Shown here: piece after piece, positions 25,530-39,875 of the stretch | Layout of the letters: each line of letters begins with the position of its first letter | How positions within the stretch are numbered: position 1 is the stretch's first letter | DNA from: Antedon mediterranea | Lineage: Eukaryota; Animalia; Echinodermata | Assembly (NCBI RefSeq): GCF_964355755.1 | Contig: NC_092677.1 | Location: 3,556,101-3,620,100, forward strand | Length of the DNA stretch: 64,000 nucleotides | Direction: 5' to 3' | Position numbers and translations under genes: made by a program | Notes under the pieces: generated by a model | Seen by the model: the letters and a program-made list of their open reading frames with translations, nothing else | Databases searched by the model: none | Told to the model about the DNA's origin: nothing

Positions 25530-25605
25530 CCAATACCCGTCACTGCTTCTTTATATAGTCGTCGTCGCTAAAAAACAATCGGCAGCCAACCAATCAACAG
25601 TCAAA
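25530..25605 (-). promoter_or_regulatory. Putative core promoter of paralogue B (TATA-like and CCAAT elements), conserved upstream of paralogue D
   Basis: TATATAA on the minus strand at about 25557-25551 and AAACAATCGGCAGCCAACCAATCAAC. The similar sequence AAACAATCGGTAGCCAATCAAC lies at about 46214-46235 upstream of D. Confidence 0.5.
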
Positions 25606-26099
25606 TATTATTGGATTGTTCAACTTAATCAGAGGGATTACAAAAGTACTGATACCTTTATAATAGCATAATTTATTAATTATTAAATTTACTATATCTT
25701 CATCTTCTAATTTTTTTCTTTTGTGAGATTCACTCACCTTTATTTCATATTTTTATTACATACTTATTTATAATAAATACATTTCTTTGTATCAGTTCTT
25801 GTTTCTCTTAGTTTGTTTTTTTATTTGATTCTGAATCGCCCGGGTGATATTCTGAAAATTAATGATATAATATAATTATAGTATACATATATTTCTTTAT
25901 ATATTTCTTTTTATATATGAAGTTTCCTATTTGCCTTACAGATGTAGATCATAAATATAAATTATACAATTCATCATTAAAATATTTAAAATAATGGAAG
26001 CAAAACAACTCAGCTAACACTTAGAGTACAGCCTTTTACACATTAGTTGTATTGTGCACCAAATTGAGTACGGTATATAGTATGATTTACAGTCATCTT

Positions 26100-26850
26100 C
26101 ACATAAAATAAACTTAATGAATCAAAAACAGAGTTATTAGTTTTAACTCCACCAAAAGTCGACATTAAGTAATAGAAATATTCAACTGAATATTGGTGAA
26201 ATTATTGTTAAACCCTCCAACACAGTTAGAAATCTTGGTGTGGTGTTTGATGTTTTTCTTCGTATGACACCTCACATTGATAATGTCTGCCGTACTGTAA
26301 ATTTTTTCTTTTCTTTCACTAATTCTATCCAGGTTAGATTATTGTAACTCACTATTTGTTGGAATGTCCAAACATAACATTTCGAGATTACAAAAGCTTC
26401 AGAATCGGGTTGCCAGGTTAATTTACCAAGTACCTATGTTTGTTAGTTCTAGACCTCTGCTTTATGAATTGCATTGGCTACCTGTTGAAAATAGAATCAC
26501 TTTTAAAGTGTTACTTCATGTCTACAATTGTATAACTAATAATGCGCCCTGTTATCTGAGCAATCTCTTACGGGTGTATAGGTGTGCTAAGAGAGGCCTG
26601 AGGTCCGAGATAGATCACACTAGATTGGATCACTGTCTCGAAAAGCGGACCTCTGGAAATAATACTTTCTCAAAATTTGGACCGGAGATGTGGAACGAAC
26701 TCCGTTCTGTGATCCGGGAACAAGCCCTCAAAACACATCTATTTCTTAAGAAGTAACTCATTGGTGGGTCTGCTGATGTAAAGCGCTTTGATCATTTTAC
26801 ACTAATTTGGAAAAGCGCTATATAAATAAATAATAATAATAATAATAATA
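26100..26850 (+). mobile_element. 5'-truncated L2/CR1-group LINE (end of RT and 3' tail)
   Basis: LNESKTELL, VRNLGVVFD, LQKLQNRVARLI, LHWLPVENRITFKVLL, WNEL motifs, ending AAGCGCTATATAAAT(AAT)n. Confidence 0.85.
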
Positions 26851-28686
26851 AAAATAAAATAAAAACAATAAATTAAATTAAATCAGCATTAATAAAATGC
26901 ATTCATAGTATGCTCCTGTACAAGGATACTCTTAAATATGACCCATGGGTTTTTACAGATTGGTATTAGTAGTGCTGACAATATTTTTATTTTGTATTAT
27001 AGAGTTATAGAGTAAAAGAACCGGCACTATTGTTAAATTGTTTTAAAATATCTCCAACCTTTTTCCATAGTTAAACACTTACATTTGAAAAACATATGTT
27101 TCTCATCTTCTGATATTTCACATAATTGTTTGTATGTTTATTTCCATTTATATAATTGTATATTTGTTGGTATAATTCTAAGCAGTAATTTGTAATTAAA
27201 TTGTGCATATTTTTTGTTTTTCTCATTTTTTACTTTTCTTGACCAAAATGTCAAAACCAATTAACATTTTCAATACTAATTTCATGTTCCCATTTGGGAA
27301 TAGTAATGGGGCAACAAATATGCCATAAATTAAACTTGAAAAAACTTTTTTGTCTTTAATTTGAAAATCCTGCTTATACTATTATTCATCTGGATTTAAT
27401 TTAACACTGTTTTCATTAGAAATGTTTTTTTTATCATCAAAATATTTAGGAATAAGTTTAATTGTATAAGCCAGGGAGATGTAAAATAATTATATATATT
27501 TAGTTTAGGTCTACATATCCCTGTATAAGCGTATCATATTCACTAAGCCAGTTTTATTTTACTTCTGTAACAGAATTTCACCTTGGTGCATTAGTATTTT
27601 AATTTTGACTTGATTGATTGATTTGATAAAAACCCGACTCCACATTATATAAAACAAAGCTTTGTTTTTACATACAATATGCATACGGTATATGAGTCAG
27701 AAATGCTAAACACGCTTCTAATGTAATGAGACCGTATATTATAATTATACTCGTGTTTGTAACATGTGTTTGTAATTAATTATCGTACACTTTCAATATT
27801 ATTTTTGGTGTCATTATTATTTGTATTAGTTATTTAACATACATGTCATCGTATAAAATTTAGAAAATTTAAAAAATAATTTACACTATAATACAGATAT
27901 TACATTATACCAATAACACTCTCTTATAATATTCTCTTGTTTCTCATTTCGTTTTGATTTTACAACAGAATATTAAATTAAGAGCGCATGACATAAAATA
28001 TTCACATCAAAAAATGTATGAATCTCAATTTCTTCCTATTTTTCGCTTTTCTCGATTGTCAAATATTGAGCAATACTGATTGGTTACTTCAGTAACAGTT
28101 ACCATGACAACTGTATTCGCTTTTACGTCTGCGTGTATGGTCGTCTCGTACGCAATCAGAACGGTATCGGCAACATGGCGAGACGGTGCCCAGACGTGCA
28201 GAACTTGTTTATGCCAGTCCTCCATCGTGTTTTGAGTCGCATTTAATATCCCTGTAAGAAAAAAACATTTGTTATAAAAACCTTTGTTATAAATGACTAC
28301 AGTAAGAAAGAAATACACCTAATAATAATCCCAGAGCGTGTTTCAAATATCCATCCGTTGCGGTCATTTTGATACCCATTGTGGATATGATGCGTGAAAA
28401 AAAAATCAAGAATTGGGTTGGAAACACAATTCTATTTTGAGAACGGAGAGGGCGGGTTTTCGACCACTTTGATCAAGCATCCTCTCTGTTAACACGATCA
28501 CATTAAGTTGAAGACAATTTTCCTTATTTTCCATCACCGATTTCCATCCTAACACAGCAACATTTTTACAAGTAAGTTTTCTAACAATTCGGCACCTTAT
28601 GCGATGCTACTCATACTTCCACGACTACAAATACTACAGCCCTTTCCTTTATGGAAAGTCTACCTATGTACTGTATGTGTGGTAAC

Positions 28687-30789
28687 CAGGGGTGGCGCCA
28701 GGATCTTCCCGACGCGGGGGCTACATTCCCCGACGAGGGGGCTATGCGAGCGAAGCGAGCATCACAAGGCTGGGGGCCAGGGGGCCGCCAAGGGCCCCCG
28801 GTGGGGTCCAGGGGGCGAAGCGCCCGGAAGCAACGCGTTCTAGCGTCATTTGAGGTCATTTTAATCAGATTTAGGGTAGCAATTTTTTCCATTTTTTATA
28901 ATGCATAAATAAAATACTGCGTGCAAAAAAACGATGCGCGATGACTGTTTCAATCCATCTTTTTCAATTTAAAAAATAAAATTTCAAAGAAAATTTAGAA
29001 AAATAGAGTTGGAGGTCCTGGAAATTGGACTTATTATACTTCAAAACATGAAACAAAGTATATAAGTCCCTATCATGGTTGTGACTGAGCTAAGAAATGT
29101 TTGAAAAATAGAGATGTTAGGTCCCGGAAAATGCACTTCTTGTACTTCGAAACATGACCAGCTTTATTTTTGGGGCTGAGCTAAGAAAATGTTTAAAACT
29201 AGAGCTGCAGGTCTTCAAAAAATTGCATTTTATACTTTGGAAACATCAGGCCCAGAGGCTTAAAAAACGCAAGCGTAGACCTTTTTCAGTCGGGGAAATA
29301 AGTTTATTCCTCCCAAGTGTATGCCTGCGTACCATCTGGACTTCCGAGTGGTGAGAAATTCATGACATACAGGACATTGAAAATTTAATAACTTAGCTAT
29401 AATAAGATGTTGGCTAAGCGAAAATGGCATGTTTTTTTGTTTAGTAATGGATGAAATATTTATTTTAGGTGCCCCACGGTACAGAAGGTTACTTGTAAAT
29501 TAAAAAATTGGTGAACATACGAACAATTAACATAATTCGTTTTTGCTGTAACTAGTGTAGCGTACGTCGACACAGTACACGACGTAACCGTCGGTAAACT
29601 TCGCCTGGAAAATAACTACAGTACACATTTTGGTCCCTGGATGGAACATGATATCACGACCCAACGTTGAACGATTCGTACAAAAGGGATACCGCCAGAC
29701 AAGTGCGTACCTATAGCTATTGTTTATAGTAGTAATTCAGATCGCTGGCAATAATGAATGCATATAAAGTGCATAATTTCACTCTGACGTACTCTCACGG
29801 TCAATGAAACGTCGAGGTTTTCTAGGCGCTGAAGCTACGAAGTGAACGCGAACGAATTATATTCCCCGACAAAAAGTACCCGAACCACCGGTAAACTTCG
29901 CCTGGAAAATAACTACATTACACATTTTGGTCCCTGGATGGAACTTGATATCACGTCTCGACCCAACGTTGAACGATTCGTACAAAGGGATACCGCCAGA
30001 CAAGTGCGTACCTAGCTAATGTTTAGTAGTAAGTTAGATCGCTGGCAATAATGAATGCATATAAATTGCATAATAGCACTCTGACGTACTCTCACGGTCA
30101 ATGAGACGTCGCGGTTTTCTAGGCGCTGAAGCTACCAAGTGAACGCGAACGTTTTTTACTGTATATTATATTCCCCGACAAAAAGTACCCGTGTTCCCTT
30201 CGGTAACCGTCGGTAAACTTCGCCTGGAAAATAACTACATTACACATTTTGGTCCCTGGATGGAACATGATATCACGCGTCTCGACCCAACGGTGAACGA
30301 TTCGTACAAAGGGATACCGCCAAACAAGTGCGTACTAGCTATTGTTTAGTAGTTAGATCTCTGGCAATAATGAATGCATAAAAGTGCATAATAGCCCTCT
30401 GACTAGTCTGGGCTCCAGACGGAGTTTTTTCTTAATATTAGTAAAAATATAAATATTTTTGCACATATGGCGTTTCATACGTGTATTACTTGAGTTTGTA
30501 TTTTCAGACAAAAATCGCGGTCGAAATAAAAACAAATAAATAAAAATAAAAAACAAAACAGACTTGGGGCAAGTCTACCCTCTGACGTACTCTCACGGTC
30601 AATGGAACGTCGTGGTTTTCTAGGCGCTGAAGCTATATGAAGTGAACGCGAACGTTTTTTACTGTATGTTATATTCCCCGACAAAAAGTAGGCTACCCGT
30701 GTTTCCCGACGGGGGGGCTAGGCTCCCCGACGATCCGAGGGGGCTAGAGCCCCCGTAGCCCCCCCCCCCCCCCGCTGGCGCCACCACTG
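28687..30789. mobile_element. Non-autonomous hAT-like DNA transposon with about 300-bp internal tandem repeats
   Basis: TIR CAG(G/T)GGTGGCGCCAG and 8-bp TSD GTGGTAAC (28679-28686 and 30790-30797). Three internal units start at about 29588, 29888 and 30207. Confidence 0.88.
30404..30577. mobile_element. 174-bp deletion derivative of the 9-bp-TSD element at 60211-61162
   Basis: Ends TAGTCTGGGCTCCAGAC...AGACTTGGGGCAAGTCTA with TSD CCCTCTGAC (30395-30403 and 30578-30586). Confidence 0.88.
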
Positions 30790-31032
30790 GTGGTAACGTG
30801 AGTGTGGTTTATGGTGTGTCCAGGCTACTGGTGTGATTCCAGTTTACACAAGGGCCAACTGTTCGGCCGCCATTGTGATTTAACACATGTTTTTTCCGAC
30901 TTTATACGTATATATATATATATATATATATATATTTCTGTTTACTTTTATATGTTGTCCTCTCGTAGGAAAATGTTAACGACACAAACATTACCCGCAC
31001 ATATTATACTCTTATATTATACTGTAATCCCT

Positions 31033-32275
31033 GTATGTCGTGCGATTAACGACTCGGACACGAATTTTATAGGTCGTGCGATAACAACTCGCACATTTAC
31101 TTTCGCCTTAGCCGAAGACAAGGCCCATATATAAATCCTCTTGTAGGAAGATATTAACGACACAGACATTACTTGCACATATACTTTTATAATATTTCGT
31201 GCGATGAACGACTCGCACATGAATTTTATATGTCGTGCGATAACGACTCCCACATTTACTTTCGCCTTAGTCGAAGACAAGGCCCATACATAAATCCTCT
31301 TGTAGGAAGATATTAACGACACAGACATTACCTGCACATATACTTTTATAATATGTCGTGCGATGAACGACTCGCACATGAATTTTATATGTCGTGCGAT
31401 AAGGACCCGCACATGAATTTTATATGTCGTGCGATAACGACTCGCACATGAATTTTATATGTCGTGCGATAAGACTCGCACATGATATGTCGTGCGATAA
31501 CGACTCGCACATGAATTTTATATGTCGTGCGATAACGACTCGCATATGAATTTTATATGTCGTGCGATAACGACTCGCACATGAATTTTTATATGTCGTG
31601 CGATAACGACTCGCACATGAATTTTATATGTCGTGCGATAACGACTCGCACATGAATTGTATATGTCGTGCGATAACGACTCGCACATGAATGTTATATG
31701 TCGTGCGATAACGACTCGCACATGAATGTTTATATGTCGTGCGATAACGACTCGCACATGAATGTTTATATGTCGTGCGATAAAGACTCGCACATGAATT
31801 TTATATGTCGTGCGATAACGACTCGCACATGAATTGTATATGTCGTGCGATAACGACTCGCACATGAATTTTATATGTCGTGCGATAACGACTCGCACAT
31901 GAATTTTATATGTCGTGCGATAACGACTCGCACATTAATTGTATATGTCGTGCGATAACGACTCGCACATGATTTTTATATGTCGTGCGATAACGACTCG
32001 CACATGAATGTTTATATGTCGTGCGATAACGACTCGCACATGAATGTTTATATGTCGTGCGATAAAGACTCGCACATGAATTTCATATGTCGTGCGATAA
32101 CGACTCGCACATAAATTTTATATGTCGTGCGATAACGACTCGCACATAAATTTTATATGTCGTGCGATAACGACTCGCACATGAATTTTATATGTCGTGC
32201 GATTACGACTCGCACATTTACTTTCGCCTTAGTCAACGACAAGGCCCATACATAAACGATAACGACTCGCACATT
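31033..32275. repeat. About 35-bp minisatellite (about 25 core copies) with higher-order flanking units of about 157 bp
   Basis: Unit ATATGTCGTGCGATAACGACTCGCACATGAATTTT, core 31351-32216. Confidence 0.95.
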
Positions 32276-35113
32276 ACAAGGCCCATACATAAATCCTCTC
32301 GTAGGAAGATATTAACGACACAAACATTTTTTAACAGACAGGCACTATAGTAATCGCAAACCACATTACACATTGGTATGGTATGTCGAGCGATAACAGA
32401 CTAGCATTTTTCACCTTAGTATCAGATATTACTTCGAGTATCCAGTTTTCCTTACGGTGTGATATATTTTACTGGGACACTGTTTATTTCCTTTATATAT
32501 ACACAGTATATTAGGTCAAAGTGACGAGTTAAATTCTAGTTTTAATAATATACATTATTTTATATATTTTTTAAAAATATATACACACTTCTACTTCTAA
32601 GTAAAATATAAAAGCTAACTTTCTATATTAACGTCTACAAACGACTATGCCTAGTAATTACACAAACAAACAAACGTGTACCTTTCCATAAGTTCGGTCA
32701 AGTGAAGTTTTGAATTCAGCCTAGCTCCACTGTACATAATGTATAATAACTATAATAATTATATCGTACGGCAATCCACACTACGTTTTGGGGTATTAAC
32801 ATTTTGTGGTATTGTATTCTTACATCGATTTCTGCTAGGGGTTCATATTGGCCAAACGGACAGCACGTAAGACAACCATAAATTGTACCAACTTAGTTTT
32901 TTTCAACTGTTATTGATTGATGTAAATACATCTTCTATAAAACTTTTGCAAAAAAAAAATCATAAAATATTGTTTTATCATAATACATAATGCAAATAGG
33001 TAATATTTGAATGTAATATAATACACAAAAATCTAACATAGCTCTTTAATTATTAACCACATTATGCACATTTTTTCACCAGTTAATTGTATAATATAAA
33101 TACATCATTTTCCTTCAAAACTTTATTAAAAAATATGTTTTGTTAACATGTTGTTAACGTGTAATAAAAAAAAATAAAAAAAAAATTAAAAAATTGTCGT
33201 TTTATCGCAAAAATACATACAAATCAAAGATAGTTCTTTAATTATGAATCACATAATGCCCATTTTTTGTTTTCACTATTTAATTGTATACTATAAATAC
33301 ACAATTTTTAATAAAACACGAAAAATATGTTTTTGTTGTTATCATGGAAACGTGTAACAAAATAAAAATGTGTTGGTTAATCGCAAAATTACACAAAATC
33401 TAACATAGCTCTTAATTATAAATCACATCATGCCCATTGTTTCACCAGTTAATTGTATAATATAAATACACAATTTTAAATCAAATGTTTATTAAAAATA
33501 TGTTTTTGATACCATAGAAATATGTAATAAAAAAAAATATGTTGAAACGTAAACATTATTTGCACGATCAATTTTCTTTTTCAAACTGTCGGAATTACAT
33601 GTGTTCATTGAAGAATCTGATTCTGATAATTTTCTTTCATATTTTCTTCCATTACTGTATAGATTAAATACCCGTTGATCAATCATAATCTATATATAAA
33701 TTTACGTAAGGAAAAAATTCGGTAAATCGTGCGTTATTCCTAGAATGTTTACTCGATGATAAAGTTGGTTAGAATCTCGGTACTGGTTTTTACCACCTGA
33801 TGTAACCCTGTTTACTAATTAAATTTAGTCAGATAATTAGTTATTAACAATTAAAACGAATTTAGGTTCAATTATTTGCCCCAAATAGGGGTGTTGGTTT
33901 AACACAAGTAGGTAAATTTATGAGCCCTTGGAGAATAAACTTAAAACTGAGATATTGCAAAACTTTGACATTATTGTAAATACGTATTAACCATTTTTGG
34001 TCGCCATTTGAATCGAAACTTTCTTACGGTGAATGTGGTTACTGTTAGATATATAAACACATATACAAAGAACATGTATTACTGTTACCGTGGGTATGCT
34101 CTACTGCTGGATATATAAACACATAATATACAAATAAGAAACTGTATTACTGACAGCTGCTTCTCAACGTTTATATTAATAATTAATTATAAACAATATA
34201 AACTTCGTAGTGGTGTATCGTTACATCCTCTTCCCTATCCCTCAACCCTAATGTTATATACAAAACACAAATTGGGTTTGTTTAAATGAGTTCAAATAAA
34301 AAAGTTTCTCCTTCTTCGGAAGTAGGTCTAATTACCATTGTGCTAATTTTAGTTGACTACATAAATCATCGTGTCTATTTATTCGTTTCTGTAAACGACA
34401 ATGTTCTATAGTCCTGCGGTACGTACATTTGAAATCGCCAGTTTTTCGTTGTTTTTTTTTTTCACGCTGAAATTACTGTGTATTCGAAAACCATCCGTGG
34501 ACACGACCATCTAGTTTAATTAATTACAATAAATTCAGTTTTAAAAATAATATGTTTTCATTTTAAAAAATAAATATTAATTGAAGAAAATGCAAACATA
34601 GATTTCTATAGCAGTACTAACTGTTTTAAATTAATCAATTAAAACTAAAAACATACAAAATATGATTCCGTTCATACTTTATATATATATATCCAATGGC
34701 AAATTTATATATATATATATAAATAATACTCAATCAATAATAATCAAAGAATATCCCTTGAAAATAAGTGGACCTGTCCATAAAGTATTTAACAGTACTT
34801 TCATGGTACGGACGATTCCATTTGCTATAATAGGAATGTTGCGCATTTCTAACTAATATGTTTTAAAATACTTCAAAATAATTAAGTATGCCTACCTATT
34901 ATTAATTCTTCGGAACGTTAGGAATGGCAAATATATTAATCATAATTATAATCAATGTTGGTTAAATACAATATATAGAAGATTTAACCTCCGTTAAGCC
35001 AAAATTCTACTGACAGTCACAGGTTAGCCTCACCCAGCCCGAGACAATGGAACTAATGGACTGTGGCTTGAGAATCGAAAAACATGTGCCTACTCTTTTC
35101 TTTTTCCGTTCAT

Positions 35114-35462
35114 CAATTCTCAACCAATCACTTTAATATGTTAACAATATGTACTTTAAACATTATATTTTTATTTTATATGTGTCTTTGATTTAAATAT
35201 TGGATCAACCTACCGAAAAACCGAAGACAATTTTTGAAAGTTCACCAATTCTGTTCTAGACATCGTCCAAAACTCTATTCATGTTTCCAATTCTCAACCA
35301 ATCACTTTAATATGTTAACAATATGTACTTTAAACATTATATTTTTATTTTATATGTGTCTTTGATTTAAATATTGGATCAACCTACCGAAAAACCGAAG
35401 ACAATTTTTGAAAGTTCACCAATTCTGTTCTAGACATCGTCCAAAACTCTATTCATGTTTCC
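35114..35462. repeat. Tandem duplication of about 174 bp
   Basis: CAATTCTCAACCAATCAC...TCATGTTTC occurs twice head to tail. Confidence 0.9.
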
Positions 35463-36550
35463 AACTCAACATTTCAAAGATAGTTTGTTTTACTTGTTTA
35501 CAACTGTATATATTTTTAATGTATTGTATTGATATTTTTAATGTTTTATATATTGTATGTGTTTTTAAGCATCAATGAAAACCAATTTCATGCTCGCCTT
35601 GTTGTGTTCATGACAATAAAGATTTATCTTATCATATTTTATCTTAACCTGGGACATGATTTGTTGACAACCTAAAGCCCTTGGCAATCTAATTGACAAT
35701 CACCTCAGGTTGTTACGGAAACTCTAATCAAAAAGCATCATACTTTTAGATCTCCAAATGGGCGGTCATAAACTGAAAACAGGGATTTCCCTCATCATGT
35801 TCAAGAGGTGGCCAGCTGTATTGTTGTATTTCATTGAATAATTTATATTTCTACGAATTTTCAACAACATAATAAAAATCTACATTTACATTATAACTCA
35901 CATCCATGCGTTTTTGTTTTTTCTGTCAGTATTGTTTATTGGCGATGTGTTAGTACAACTTTGCTCCCATTGCAGTGCACGGTAGTGGAGCCCTTGGATT
36001 AGCCTTGGGTGGAAGGTGCTGATGCTCAACATACTGCCATGAAGTATCTGCGTATACTTTCATGGGGAGCATCGTTGTATTAATGGTGATTTTTGTACCT
36101 ATCAGTCTCTTTGGAGACTCTTCCAGGGAGTCCTGGTTGTTTTTTTTTATCTCAGTTTCATGCGAGTAAGTGAACATTCTTCCTTGTTTCCTGCTCTTTG
36201 GTGGGCTGCTCTTGGCGGTGCCTTGGCACCTGCCGCGGGCTATTTTTCTCTGAGCATCCCTGTTGTGCTTACTTAGAATTGGAAAATTATTGCTATATAA
36301 CTTATATTTGCTTATGACTTTTATGTGCAGTTTTACATGGGTGAATGTTCATTTACTAATTAAACTATTTAAGCCAGAACTTATGTTGTATGCGTCTTTA
36401 TTTATTATTCTATGAGTTTGTTAATTGCCGCAGTCTCCGAGTAGCAAAATGTATTTTATTTGTATAAATGCTCTCGCTTATGCAGACAATTTAAAACGGT
36501 CAAAATTACTGTTCTCTTGTGTAGAGGCGTTTTGTATTGAATCAAGTATA

Positions 36551-37280
36551 GGTTTTTAGTCGCGTGGAAGCGACTCTATAGTTCACTATGTCGGTCGGTC
36601 GGTTGGTCTGTCGGTCTGTCGGTCCGGTATCACTATGCGTTTTATCGCTTTCTGACCTTATCTTGATATCAGTTTAATCTAGGTAGGTCAATTTTTTCAC
36701 AGTATATTCCTTATGGCCAGGAATCGATGTGGTTATGTTTTCACGCACGGTGCGCAATAACAAATTACGCGGTCTACGCACGATTTAACGAAATCACGTT
36801 TGTAATCATATCTTCACAACCATGAATCACAATTAAATAAAATTTGGTACTCATAAATTTCAGGGCATAAATCATCATATGGCAATACAATTACGTGCGT
36901 AGCGCATGTAACGCATGCGTACGCGCGCTTAAAATTTTCAAAATTTATTTTCGATGAAATAAGAGTACGTTTCAGGCAATTTTAAGCGTTTACAAAATTG
37001 CCATGAGTGCGCATATTTTTGCGCGCGCACTACGCGTTAAATGTTATTGCGCACTCTTTTTGCCCGATTTCTGTTTTCTTGACTTACTTTTCAACTCGAA
37101 ATTACGTTATACGAGCACGTCAAAAGTGACAGGCTACGCACGTGTAAATTAAAAAAATATAAATGTTTTTAAAAATTTCAACCTTTTTAAACATGTTTAG
37201 TAATTTCGGTCAGTTGGTAGGTTGGTCGGTCGGTCGGTAAACACTAAGCACGCGACTGCAGCCATCTATATGGCCTTGTT
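36551..37280 (+). mobile_element. Non-autonomous Helentron/DINE-like element
   Basis: 5' TTTTTAGTCGCGTG...CGACT, a (GTCG)n-like microsatellite, 3' CACGCGAC plus hairpin GCCATCTATATGGC and a T-rich end. Its core resembles 54445-54962. Confidence 0.65.
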
Positions 37281-39159
37281 TTATTTTATTTTGTCCCACA
37301 TTTTATTTCATCAGTAACAGTGCCAATAAATCTATAAATTAATAGTAAAATATTACTAACTTTTCTCCATTAAATTTTAAGTTTATGTGTTGAGAAATAT
37401 TACTAATAATACATGTTATTAATCTTACCTGAGAACTTCAGATTCAACCGAATTTCCACCAGCGTTTGGACACATCTCTAGCTTCTTTCCAGAGGACGAC
37501 AACTCCATAGACGCGAACGATCTGAAACAGTTGAAAGAGCACTGGACTAGCGCCCTCTCTCCAGCATGCTCAACTGCACGTGCAAACTTAAAATAATCGC
37601 ATAGCTTAACACCAACATTCTTCCCAATGTAGATGTTATTTGGAGGAGCAGTATTTCGTATACTTTCCTTGGTTTGTTGAGATTCTCCTGTAGTGATTGG
37701 CAAAATGTCATAATGCAATATAATGTGTGACACGAACTGCTGAGGCATGTGGTATCGCTTGAATTATTAACTGTAAACAAGTTTTATTTGTACAGGATAA
37801 TATTTATTCAAATATGCTCGACGTGTGAGAATTGCCTAGCTGTAATAATTAATTATATACTAATAATTAATATTATATTAATCATCAGCATCATCATTAA
37901 TATCAAAATTGTTAATATTATTATCCTGTCCAGATGTTTTTTTAAATTATCACCACCACCACCACCTCAACCACCACCATAAGCACCACCACCTATCATC
38001 ATCATCATCATTATCATTACAAGCAGTAACCCTTTTTCTGGATTTAATATGTGGTTATATACTTTACATGGGCAAGTATAATAAAAGCGCACTCTGATAA
38101 AAATACTTTGGGAAATTATTGAAATAAAAACAAATTGTATCAAGAAAAACATTCGGAACTATTTTACGATCATTGATTTTGTTATACACTATCCTTTCAC
38201 TTGGAAATATCTGCAAGCTAACAATAAAAGAAATACTGGATATGGAACTTTATACTTTACTTTTGACTGTTCTGACTTAACGAATATAAAAGACGCTAAA
38301 GAAAAATTATGCTGTGTGAATTAGTTAGATGATGCGCGCAAACACTAACGAAAGTATAAATTACCAAACGATATTATTTTGAGTGTTTTTTGTGGTGTAT
38401 TCCTTATTTGATACATTATAGATAAAATAAAAATAAATCGAATAAAAATGGTTTTGACATTTTGCATTTTTTTTATGTGGGATATTTGTTACCTATTTGT
38501 TACTTTTGTAATTAAATTGTGGTCTAGCAGACCCGTGCTTTGCATGGTCTTGTCTGTCATGAGAGGGACATGCACGTTGAAGTCTGTCATTCAGTCGGCA
38601 GATTAAAACATTTTAATGATATGAATTGGTAAGAATTAAGAAATAATAAAACTACAGCTGCTTACGGACTTTGAAAAAAGTGTGGTAGTTGAAATTGATG
38701 ATGCGCTCGGACACAAACTTTAAAATTGTGGATTTTTCGTTGATATTTGAAATTCTGTGGAAACACGACACCCATTTGAATTCGTGTTCGAATTTTTGGT
38801 GTTTTTGTTTTTTTTGTTCATTTACATGTTTTAATTTTTTGCGGCATGGTATTTGTGGATACGGCCACATAACGGTACATAACAGAGGAGGTTGTGTAGT
38901 TGATACGTGACGTAACAACTCGCGAAACATGGTCAGATTACTGTTATTTTTTTACTTTTAGTGTTTATCCTTAAAATTTAGGAAAGTGACACAGCCTATC
39001 GTGTGCGGCCTATCAATAAACATCAGTGTGCCAAATGTGAGCAGTGGTTTGGGAGGAGATACGTAAAATTAGGCGAAACATTAGTAGCATTAATAAGATA
39101 TAGATTATTATGATAATGATGATAATAATGAAAGTAATAATAATAATGATAATAATAAT

Positions 39160-39875
39160 AATTAATTAATTTTGGCCATTTTCCGAAAAAATCCCTGTAC
39201 TATTATACAGGGACATTTTCGAAAAATTGCCACAATTAATATAATTAATTAATTAATTAATCGATTTTGGCCATTTTTAGAAAAAAAATCACTGTACTAT
39301 TATACAGGGACATTTTCGAAAAATGGCCACAATTAATATAATTAATTAATTAATTAAAATTAATTTATTAAGTAATTTTGGCCATTTTCCGAACAAATCC
39401 CTGTACTATAATACAGGGACATTTTTGAAAAATGGCCAAAATTAATATAATTAATTAAAGTTAATTAATTAAGTAACTTTGGCCATTTTCCGAACAAATC
39501 CCTGTATTATAATACAGGGACATTTTCGAAAAATGGCCAAAATCAATATAATTAATTAAAATTAATTAATTAAGTAACTTTGGCCATTTTCCAAACAAAT
39601 CCCTGTACTATAATACAGGGACATTTTCGAAAAATGGCCAAAATCAATATAATTAATTAATTAAAATTAATTAATTAAGTAATTTTGGCCATTTTCCAAA
39701 CAAATTCCTGTACTATAATACAGGAACATTTTGGAAAAATGGCCAAAACTAATATAATTAATTAAAATTAATTAATTAAGTAATTTTGGCTATTTTCCGG
39801 AAAAATCCCTGTACTATAATACAGGGACATTTTCGAAAAATGGCCAAAATTGATTAACTAATTAATTTTAATTAA
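39160..39875. repeat. Seven units of about 100 bp, each a self-complementary palindrome
   Basis: TTTTGGCCATTTT.CGAA...TCCCTGTA-CTATAA-TACAGGGA...TTCG.AAAATGGCCAAAA with AATT spacers. Centres at about 39200, 39298, 39407, 39507, 39608, 39713 and 39815. Confidence 0.92.

Larger units (their letters stand above)
28025..37748 (-). pseudogene. AAC4-like paralogue C, a recent duplicate of A lacking exon 2
   Basis: Exon 1 (37748-37429) and exon 3 (28251-28025) are nearly identical to A over the shared core. A-like intron flanks at 36481-36545 and 37281-37428 sit either side of a TE in place of exon 2. Splicing exon 1 to exon 3 shifts frame and stops after about 14 codons. Confidence 0.75.

Noticed and set aside
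31017-31898. Repetitive ORFs (VVIARHIKF...)
   Set aside because: These are translations of the 35-bp minisatellite.
37955-38020. Poly-His or poly-Pro coding stretch
   Set aside because: It is a simple (CAC)n/(CAT)n microsatellite upstream of paralogue C with no exon support.
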